From Phoronis australis (Eukaryota; Animalia; Phoronida), in the NCBI GenBank assembly GCA_002633005.1, contig NMRA01000570.1:167918-231917 (forward strand): a stretch of 64,000 nt of DNA, given 5' to 3'. Position numbers and translations under genes: made by a program. Positions 46,718-57,651 of the stretch are shown here, in pieces. Each line of letters opens with the position of its first letter. The stretch's first letter is position 1. The notes under the pieces were generated by a model that had not been told where the DNA came from, searched no databases, and saw only the letters and a program-made list of their open reading frames with translations.

Positions 46718-49700
46718 GCTGTTTTGGCTTGACTGAGTTGGGCTACGGTAACAATGCGGTGGAAATGGAAACTACTGCTACGTATGATAAGGACACTCAG
46801 GAGTTTGTGGTGAATACACCATCTACTCTGGCCCAGAAGTACTGGATCACTAACGGGGCTGTACATGCCAAGCATTGTATTGTCTTTTCACAGCTTTTTG
46901 TCGATGGCGTCAAGCATGGTGAGTTATGTAGCAGTGAGGAAGTTAACTCCTCTCTACCAAATTTGTCAGGGTCAAGGCTCACTTGCATTAAAACATATTC
47001 TGAATAACAACGGCATGGCTTTATCAAGGGCCATGTTGTTTTTGTGAAATAATGGAATTGGTGGCATGCAGCAATTATAATTTTGAAGTTTTATGCAATC
47101 CATCCAAGGTGTCATTTTTGATCAAGAAAACCCAAATCGGGAAGGTTGTTAAATTTATAAAAATGATTTTTAAGAAGTCTGTGCTGTGCGATTGATTTCA
47201 ATTAATGGCAAGCTATTGTGGTAATGTTGACTATTTCACATTCAACATATCTTGATGGCACTATTTGTAACTCAAATACACGTATATTCATGAGGACTTG
47301 GACTTCTTTAAGGACCTTGAAATCTTGACCGTATGAATTGAGAGTGAAAGCATGTTGCCAAGCACAAGCGTTTTCGAAATGAAAATTGACTTATATGCGT
47401 TTAGCCAATCCTGACCATAGCATCTGTAAACTTGTGTTCTGTGGAAGAAACTAACTTGGTTTAGACAACTTATTGCTAAAAATGATATCAATTTATTACT
47501 TATTCAGATGAGACGTGATTTTTGAGCGCTCAAAGTACTGACGGTTCATGATTGCATGAGGCCATGATTGGTCGATAAAATGACTCGCTGTGAAGAGTTG
47601 TAACTTAGAGCATGTTCTCAAACAATAATGAGCTGTCCGTTGTATACAAGCCCAGAAATCTCATCTTTTTTGTCTAAAGAACAGTTTAAAACCAATTTCT
47701 TAACATTAAGTGGTTTAATTCAAAAATAGCTTTTGTGGTGGAAAGCTGGTTTAGAACTACTCAAGTAGTTGATGTGTGTGCAAAACACAGTTGAATTATT
47801 TTTGTGCAGTGAATTTAGAACCTGAACATTATTTCGTTCTCTTGAAACCTGAAACCTTCAACATCGTTCCAGATGCGATAAAATTTAGGTTTTTCACAGT
47901 TCGTGACAATGTTGAGCAGGTAAAAAATTTATTTACTACAAATTTGTAGTAGTTGATGACTCGGACGTTTCTACCCTCATCTATGTTTTTTTTCAATAAG
48001 TGGTCTACCCGTGCTTTGTTGACCTGATCTGGAATGAGGTCATACACCCCGGGGGAGCTATAGACCTTGGTCTCGGTTCATGATGGGCTGTCTGTTCCTG
48101 ATAAAGGTAGCTTCTTTAACTTTTCGTGAGAACCAATGTCCAAAACGTCCAAGTCATCAACTACAACAAGTTTGTAGTAAGTGAATTTTTTACCTGCTCA
48201 TGGTTCCAGATGTCTGTGGTCTCTTTCTCTCACTGTCGAACATGAACGCTGGCTGTAGTGCCAGATTCATGGATTTATTTTCGACACTGTTATCAGCACT
48301 GTCAGAAATTGGTCGGCTGCACTGTGACACTTGTCCCTCTCCTTCATGATCGTCTGCCACAATCTTGTGAAAGAACCAAATCATTTACTGAACAGCGTCC
48401 TGGCAGTTAATAATTATAAATGATGTCGCATTGAACTTTACTGCTGTTTGATAATTGAAATGAAGATCAGTACAGTTGGTTCCATGTTCCTGCCTCAATA
48501 TGACCTGGAATGTACTTTCCAGCTTTCATGTTGCAATGTTGCAGATTAAGAATTCGAATGTACTGGAACGTGGAACCATGAACGGTTGATGTTTGAGGTT
48601 CTAGGTTTTACGAAAAGGAAACCAGCAAAAACGTGGTTCTAGTTGGTAAAGCCAGTGGTACCTGGAATGAAATAACACGTGGATCAACATGTTCTAGCCT
48701 GTCAGTCTGAAAGGTTTTTTCCAATCAATATTTGTGTGATTTCATGCCAAAATCCCATTGATGTGTGTGTGTGAACTGAAGTTTATATCGATTTCTACCA
48801 CCTCCTGCAATGTCAACCGATTATATGGAGTTCTGAAGTAAACAGAAACAAAACATTATGAAGTTTCGTTATTGCATAACATCAAAAGCATTAGTCACCT
48901 TTCCTTCAAGGTTGCAATGAAATAAACAACTTGTTCACTTTCCCTTAATCTTCTATGAACTTTCAGGAATCCATGGTATTATGGTGCCGATCAGGGATTC
49001 AAACCTGCAGATACTACCCGGTGTCAGAGTGGAAGACATGGGGTAAATTGAGCTGTTCTTTTGTATATTACTTTTTAAACTGACCATTATAAACCTGGAA
49101 ATAACTAGTAGTATTTTTATTTTGTGTCTGCGTGTACTTATGCATACACATGTACTTATTTTGCCATCATCTTTGTCTAGGGTCATGTGTTATCCTGCGT
49201 CCATCCAGCATCCACAATAAGTTAAAACTTTTTCTCCTTAACTCCGCACAAGATCTTCATGAAATTTAGCAGGAGTGTTTTAATGAACATTGGGGCTGAT
49301 GAGAATTACTCTCAGACAAATTTGTTTGCTGCTGTGACCACCTGGTGGCAATAAAATTTTGTGTTGCTTTTATGTCAGCTAAGTTCATAAACAGATTACA
49401 AGACTTGTTTGTATTGACAAAGGGATGTCATCGGTAAATTTCCAGACCGATCTGGCATTTTGTTTTCCCACCAGGTGGCACTTTTATTGTTTTGATGTCT
49501 GGTGCCTTTGAGTCCACGGTTTGAAAGATGGTCATAAAATTTGAGAGATATGAATCTGAGCATGGCCTGCCCCAATATATATCAAGTTCAGTGAAGAATT
49601 GTTATGAAATTTGACATGATTCTGTTTCAAGTGAGAAGGGCAAGACGTGTGTTGATATTCAGGTGAATCCTCTATACTTTTGTACATGTGCATAAATTAG

Positions 49701-52700
49701 TCAACATGTGTTGAAACAATAACTGCTAAAGGAAGACTGGTCGTGAAAAAGTCTGATTCATTTCAGCATCAGAATGGGCTTAAATGGTGTGGACAATGCC
49801 AAGCTGTTTTTTGATAATGTCAGAGTCCCACGGGAAAACCTTCTGAACAAGTAAGTTATAGCCACACCCTGTTCATGTTAGTTGTCCACTTAAAAACCTT
49901 CAAATAAGCTGTAGCCACACGGACCTTTGAGTGATGTGTAGCAAACCCGCCTTCTGATGAGTTGTGACCCCACCCACTTTCATGTGAGTTGTACACTCAC
50001 CAAAGCTCATGTTTCTTGAAACAAAATCTGCCTTTGAGGGACATGTTGCCCAGCCCAAAACACACTTTAACAAATTTATTTCTAGATCAGCTGCGACGAC
50101 ACCCGTATTTGAGTTATCGCTGCAGCCAGTTTAAGATAAGCTGTAGTCATGTCCACATCTCAGTTATATGTAGATATGCCCTATTTAAATGACTTTAAAG
50201 CACGCTGGAGCCACATTCATGCTAGGTGTAATCACACCCATCTTTAGTTGGGTTTCAGCGACACTTTCTTCGAGGGAGTTGTGGCCACTCTCACTTGTAG
50301 ACGTGTTCACTGTCTCATGATAGTAAATGATAAGAGGATACTGGGCGAGATGATGCAGAGTCCACCTTTGTTTCTTTCCCGAAAGGTACCCCTCCAATTA
50401 TGCAGTCTGCTAATCAACTTGCGTGCTTAGTATGATGTCATTTTGATGTTGTGGACCCAGTCAAATAAAATTAAAATGCCAAAATTAAAGACACTAATAG
50501 TAATTAGGCCAGATTTACATAGCAACATAAATTACTAAGTATTTTGAAATTTATCACCTGGCCGTGGACCTGGTCAATAGTGAGCCTTCTCAATTCCCAG
50601 GGAGCATACAGTTGGTGCAACGGTTGTGGGAGCACTCTGATTAATCTAAGCACATAATTTTGTAAAAATTCAAGTGCCAAATTGCCCCACTGGTTACCTG
50701 ATCAGAAAAAAGTACAAGACTTGCTAATTTTTTGAAAAATGGGATGTGACTGCATTTCTAGTCTTACTTGTGTGTTCAAATCATGCTTGTGTGTTCATAG
50801 TAGTGGCAGATACGTTGTCACTAAACATCTGAATAACGACGCGATGCTATAATTATGTCAGTAGTGTAGTTCTTTTGAGACTCGAACATAACTGCGGCTA
50901 TCATAGAGCCTGGGTATTATTTTGTGCTTTGTTTGGTCAGGTATTCTGATGTGCAGGAAGATGGCTCCTTTGTAACCTCTATCAAAAGTGACAGAGCCCG
51001 CTTTCTAACTGTTGCCGATCAGTTATTGTCTGGACGCATCTGTATAGCCAGCATGTCCATGGGGGGCACCAAGGCAAGTCTGGCCATCGCACTCAGATAT
51101 TCAGCTACCCGACTCACTGTGGGGCAATCAGGTACGAAGTATTCAAATGAATAGTTTGGGTGTGGCTTTCTGTGGTAAAGGACAAAATACTAGAACTGAC
51201 ATTGTCCTTTAATTCATGTAGCAAATCAGTTTAGGTGATTTAAATTCTTTGAGTTTCATGAAATTCTTTAATTTATTTTAAAAAGGTTTTAAACTCTGTT
51301 CTTGGTGTTTCGGCAAGTCCTTGGCCATCTCCTGCTAATACACCATTTGTGTCTCACCTGGGTGATTAAAGCAGTTTTCATCTGAAAATGCACCTTACTG
51401 TGTCATCAATAGATCCTATGGTTTTTGATTGATGGTCTTTCCTGTAGTTGCCGACATGTAAATCACACACTTGTAGGTTTAACTTGCTTCTTAAGGGTTT
51501 TTCAAAATTGTTTCAGACTTTTTAGTTTTAGGGGGACAAGGGTTATACAGCATTCATAATTTAGAGAGCTAGATGTGGATGGGCCACTAACTGGGTGTAG
51601 TGTCCTACCTTCATCGCATAGAAAAGGGAAAACACAGATTGGAGAGTGGGTGAGATCCGTCATTTAGGACAGGTCATTTATTCTTGCTTGTTATATGGAA
51701 AAAATTATAGAGTAAAAACATTGAGAAGACTTTTGTGCTAGACATTGTAGATGAAATGCTGAATATTGAAAGTGCTTATTTTATCTTCAGGAAAATCTGA
51801 CACCGCAATGCTTAACTATCAGTTGCAACAGAGGGCGCTGTTGCCCCTGTTGGCCACTACATATGCCATCAACTTTGGTTTGGACTATGTGAAGGACAGA
51901 TGGGCCTTCCAGAAGGAAGATGGTTCCGAACATGCTGAGGTAAACTTATATTCTTGTTTCTATTTGTCTTGGAAAATCCGAAATGCGACGAAAATAATTT
52001 CCATACATGATGAATTCATGGAAAATTCAAGAAATCCCTCATGTTGCGAGTCCTATCGCCAGTTGGTTGCACCCAGGGACTCATCTAGCGGCCGTCCTGG
52101 CCGTCCTTGGGACGGCCCTTTTAAAAAAATGACGGCTTTGGACGGCACGGCCAAGACGGAAAAAAGACGGCCTGTTCCAAAACAACCTCGGCGAAAATGA
52201 AGGCTAAACGAAGAATTTTAACATTTATTATTAATTAATTTCATTGAAACCTACAATTCATTGTTTAAATTCGCTAAATATTAAGAAATAACTCGACATT
52301 AGAAACTTTTACCGTCTATTTTTATTATAAATGTCACAATGACGATCGGCAAATACTGGCAGCCATCTTTGGGGAATACCTTCCTATTCTGTGACGTCAA
52401 AGTGACTTCATACGGAATCCCCCGCACGACTAGTGTCGAGAAATATTGCATCCAGCGCTAACTACGCGTACATGAACACTTAATCTTTGAAATTGAAGAA
52501 CCCACACCCGAAGTTCAAAGGGTTTCCGTACCCATATGCTAGTTGCCGACGCGGAAGTTGAAGCGGCACTCGATATATTCGATGGAGCAGCCAATTTGAA
52601 ATAGCCGACGGAGAACGTACACTTCGAAAAAATGATACCCGACAAAATTCTAGCACTGACCTGCCGTACAAATGCCATCAATGTCGTTGAACATGTAAAC

Positions 52701-55700
52701 CAGATAAAACTTTGCGCAAACTTCCTTAATTTGTTCGCATAGCTCCGTTGCCACTCGAACGAATGAATGAAAAAAATCCGCACGGCCGAACGACTTATAT
52801 TGATGCGCGAGAATGCAGTGCAAACTTTACGAGAAAAAAATGTGGTGTGTAATGTTGGTTACGTTTTCAATGAATAACTTAGGGTGAAAATAAATGCCTC
52901 GATATACTTCAACTTATTTTGGAATTCCATGATTATTGGGCGATTCGAGTTTATCCTGTGGGTGTGGCACTGCGTGCCGTATATGGAAAAAAGTAGGTCA
53001 GCCAGTCACGTGCACAGCACCTGTTACTTCGGCTGTGAACCAGGCCGGGGATTTGACTCTTAAACTGCGAGAAAAGAATGGTTCTTTTTAAGAATAAATT
53101 TCTTGAAGCGTACTGTGAAAGACTGTGATTGACTTTCAACTTGGTAAGTTTCAATTCAACAAAGCGTCCACTTAAAATACACTGCAGAAAACGTAACAAC
53201 TACGATGTCCCCGGCGACCACTGGCTACGCTCGTAGCCAAACGACGTGAAATTTACGAGTAAAGCGCTCGGAAAAACGTTTAAGAAACGTAAAAATACGA
53301 ATGCCAAATTCAAACTCGGAGTTTCGACGTTTTTTTGGTCACGATCCTTTACGAAGCCAAGTCCGGGTATACACGCGCGAGTGCACATACGCCGTCACTC
53401 CTATTTTCCAGCGGAGATTTTCGACCGTGTTGAGCACTGGTGATACTGATTTGTGAATTTGTTGAGGATATGGTCTTGTTTTTGTAGATTCGTGAATTGC
53501 ATTACTGTGCGATGTAACGAAACGTAGACATGTACTCTAGAATACATTTCTTCATGTCCTCTGGCTTTCGAATGCAACTTCATTGTCTTCTCACAATTAA
53601 GTTTAAGTGGTTTCTCAACTGCATTTTACTCTTCTCTTCTGAGAGTTTCAAGATACTTTGAGTCCTGTACTCATGCTGTGGATTATCTGTCTATCATGCA
53701 ATTCTACATAGATTATCTTACTAAAAAGATTTACAGATCTTGATTTTTGTAGCCTAGTGACAATACACACATCCTGAATGGAACAAACCTCCTAATTTTT
53801 GTTTAGTTTCCCTATGTGCCGTCCTTTGAACAAGAAAAAGACAACCAAACAGTGTGCTAAATAAAATGCAAGGAAATGAACTTTTTTATGTAACAATTTT
53901 TTCCTCACCGGGTGGGGGAATTCCNNNNNNNNNNNNNNNNNNNNNNNNNNNNNNNNNNNNNNNNNNNNNNNNNNNNNNNNNNNNNNNNNNNNNNNNNNNN
54001 NNNNNNNNNNNNNNNNNNNNNNNNNNNNNNNNNNNNNNNNNNNNNNNNNNNNNNNNNNNNNNNNNNNNNNNNNNNNNNNNNNNNNNNNNNNNNNNNNNNN
54101 NNNNNNNNNNNNNNNNNNNNNNNNNNNNNNNNNNNNNNNNNNNNNNNNNNNNNNNNNNNNNNNNNNNNNNNNNNNNNNNNNNNNNNNNNNNNNNNNNNNN
54201 NNNNNNNNNNNNNNNNNNNNNNNNNNNNNNNNNNNNNNNNNNNNNNNNNNNNNNNNNNNNNNNNNNNNNNNNNNNNNNNNNNNNNNNNNNNNNNNNNCCC
54301 CCCACCTCCCCCCCATCAGCGCTGTGCGCCGCAGATTTGCGCTTTGCACGACTCGTCAGTCTCACGAATTTGGACCCCCAAATTTCAAATCCTAGATGAG
54401 TCCCTGGTTGCACCTGAAGCAATAATTATAGAACCATTCTTCTTGTGGCAAAACAGCTCTGGAATCTTTCGTATGGGGTGCCTGGAGTACTGCATGTTAT
54501 TTAGGTCAACAACTCACCTCGTGTACTGCTTAGAACCTGACTTCAAACATGCGTATGTAGGTGAAAAACTTACTGCTCTATAAGTTTAAAATTCCATGTT
54601 ACCTAACAATTGTTATACTAGTTCTACGTGTGTTTCAATTTTAACATTGCGTGAATTGTTGCAAGCTAGTTAACTGCTGCTCTAAGGTTGGTTGGCAATA
54701 GATGGCGTTACTGTATTCTGGTTCTCTTCTCCACAGGTGGTTACAATGTGTTGTGTCATTAAACCATTGGCCTCCTGGCATTTGGAAGAAACTGCATCCA
54801 TCACTCGGGAACGTTGTGGAGGACAAGGGTTCTTATCGTGTAACCGCTTTGGAACCTTCATTGGATTGGCTCACGCAGCCATGACTGCAGAGGGAGACAA
54901 CTCCGTGTTGATGCAAAAAGTGGCCAAAGAACGACTGGCTATGTTTAAACCTCACAAGTTGCCCTCCGATGTTAAAGAAGATTTATACGATACAAAATAT
55001 CTGCATTACCTCATGCAAAAACGAGAGAATGTAATGTTTTCTTCGCTTGGCAAGAAACTGCAGTTAGCCGGCAAAGATGGATTGTTTGACACATGGATGT
55101 ATCAGGAGAGTGATTTGGTGCAGGGAGCTGCAAAAGCCTTTGGAGAACGCCTGGTCAGTGAACAATTTGCCAACGCCATTGAGACTGCGGACAGTTCCCT
55201 GAAGGTCATCCTAAATCAAGTTTACCAGCTGTACCTGCTGACTGTGCTGGAGAGGAACCTTGCATGGTTTGTCAGCAATGAGGTGGTGTCGCCATCTGTT
55301 GGCCGCCAGGTGAGTTAGCAACAATCGTTGTACAATCAAAGCCAAATATCTACAAAACTATATACTTTAACTCGGCAAAGCTATATGTTTTCAAAAAAGT
55401 AGAAATTCTGTAGAATTTGAGTTCTGAAACTAATTAGGTCACGTGACATTGCTTTTTTAGTAAAATTTAATGAAAAAGACAGGTACATTCATTGCAAAGC
55501 AGCAGGATCAATAGTATGACCAAATTTCTTCCGATGCAAATGTTCAATATAAAATCTCGAGATTGCTGTTAGTTTCCTAAATTATTGTGTCGTTTTCGTT
55601 TTACTTTCTAATTTCATAAGTCCTGTTTTTGATAGCCCTTCATGCAAAAGTGCAGCATTTCAAAAACAATTCCTAAAGGCTTTTGAAGAACAGTGTATAA

Positions 55701-55971
55701 AGCATGGTATTTGAAAGTTTGATGTAAATCCGATTTCCTATTTCTGAGATATGATGTTCCGAAGTTGGCAAAGATTGCATAGTATTTCACAAGGATATCT
55801 TGTACATTACAGGTACCTGAAGCTGCCTCCATCTTGTGTAATACACTTGCTCCTCAAGCCCTAAATCTATGCCAGGCTTTTGACATCACAGACACTATGT
55901 TGTCAGCACCTATTGCCCTAGATTGGGTCGACTACAATGTGACAGATAATCAAGGCGAGGTCACTGGATAA
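45645..55971 (+). CDS. Acyl-CoA oxidase paralogue B, about 661 aa, no PTS1
   Basis: Exons 45645-46173, 46694-46918, 48967-49042, 49767-49850, 50941-51131, 51791-51939, 54737-55309 and 55813-55971. Exon sizes 529/225/76/84/191/149/573 match paralogue A, with the same motifs including TAEGDN. Ends NQGEVTG*. Confidence 0.93.
47913..48200. mobile_element. MITE-like element with about 57-bp imperfect terminal inverted repeats
   Basis: tgagcaggtaaaaaatttatttactacaaatttgtagtagttgatgactcggacgttt vs aaacgtccaagtcatcaactacaacaagtttgtagtaagtgaattttttacctgctca. The TSD is unclear. Confidence 0.7.
52074..54406. mobile_element. Non-autonomous hAT transposon (about 2.3 kb, includes gap 53925-54297) in ACOX-B intron 6
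   Basis: Perfect 15-bp TIRs CAGGGACTCATCTAG / CTAGATGAGTCCCTG; perfect 8-bp TSD GTTGCACC at 52066-52073 and 54407-54414; clustered GACGG subterminal motifs. Confidence 0.9.
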
Positions 55972-57651
55972 AGGGTCCATAGAAAGATGTACATGAAATT
56001 AAATAACACTATACTGGTGCCTGGTCTGCCAGTTGTGAACACTGAATGTGATTCAGGGTTGAAAAACAGTTCGGTGACTGGAATAAAAAGGCCAATCAAT
56101 CCTGCTATTCTATTGTCCTGATTTTGTAAACATTAAGTCTTTTTTATTTTCAATAATCCGATATGAGACCAGCAAGCCACTCAAGACTCAAGTCGAAAAT
56201 CATGCAATGCGAATAGTTCACTTGAAGTGAGACATGCAATGTATCGTTTTTTTAGTTGAATCTCGAGTAAAATTTTGCAATCCCTTGGTCTTGGTTCGTG
56301 GCCACCAAACTTTACTAGTTGATTTGAAAATTGATATAACATGGCATGTTTAGAGAATTCTTTTGAATTTCACACGATGCAGTTATCAAATTTTCCAAGT
56401 CATGTCTCAAGTTATGTTTGATGGACTCTTACACCAATATATTTAAAACCCTATTTACACTGAAGATCAGAATCAATTTACTTTTAATCGATTTATCACA
56501 AAAATTTGAAGTTTCTACATCTACCCATTTATGGATTCTGTTGAGAAGTTGTGCTGTCTGCTAGAAGGATTCCTGTGGGTGCCCACTGAGTTCTCACATA
56601 GTTTTCGGGACATTTATTTATCATTTGTCAGTGGTGCACTATATAATTGTCACAGGAATATCAAAGTATGTAGTAAAATCAAATTGCATGGGAGATAATG
56701 GACAAATGTACAGACAGGAACTCAGATGGACACATGTGTAAGTATACTTCAAATCCCCCATTGGAGTCAAATCTTTTCTCTACTTGTCCATACCTAACAT
56801 AAGTTATGAGTCATTTTAAGTTTAAATTAATCCAAAACTCACCTATTTTCATGTTTGATTTATTCAAATTAAACCGCTTGCGCTTATACATGCGTCCTAA
56901 ATCAATTTGAGTCCTGAACTGATTTTAAATTGATTGAAAATCTTCAGTATAGCAGGGCGTTACTGTTAACAAATGGATTGTTTACTTGCCGTAAATCATG
57001 GATGAGTTGACATTCCAGCAAATCATGTACAGTGCACTTACAGCAATTGTGTATTGGGTGTTTGTCCAACAATAAAACACTGCATCTAATCATTAAAAGA
57101 GCTATTTGATTCTGTTTGAGAAAGGGATGACACTGTGAGAAAGCAGCTCTGCTGGCGACTCCTGCATGCTAGCTTACTGAATAGCGCCACCTGTTGTTAG
57201 TGATCTTGATACTGTAAAGATCCAGGTCTTCTACATATCATCAATAAACCCGTGTTAAAATATTGCACTTCAACACAACTGGTCCCCGTTCATTTCTTAA
57301 GTGAAACTTTGTCCCACTCCATTGTTGGCATCTGCACAGTTACACTGGGAACTCTTACATTATCTTTAGCTGGGGTAGCTCGGGCTATATGCATGTACCA
57401 ACTATTCACATCAATTGAATTACTGAATTGCTATTTAAAATTATTTGACAGATTTGGTGTCTATGACTGCTGCCATGGACTCTTTGTTATTGACCATCGC
57501 AACGTTATTGACCGTCGCCCATGGCAACGATCAGGCAAGATTTTAATCGCGGAATCCAGCACCCTCGGTTGACTTCACGTGGATATTTTGGGTCTCGGGG
57601 TATTATCCAGGCTCCTTCTTCGTGTCTTAGGGAATTGTTGACCTGGGCGTG

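Noticed and set aside
50570-50660. Possible SINE fragment (ctcaattcccagggagcatacag)
   Set aside because: It resembles the 3' part of invertebrate SINEs as I recall them, but it is a single short copy with no boundaries.
53792-54583. Long ORFs of 178-223 aa
   Set aside because: Artefacts of translating through the N gap. The same applies to ORFs over 3225-3352.
55969-56120. Stop-codon readthrough generating a cryptic PTS1 on ACOX-B
   Set aside because: The stop is TAA-A (non-leaky) and the extension ends ...AILLS*, which is not a PTS1.
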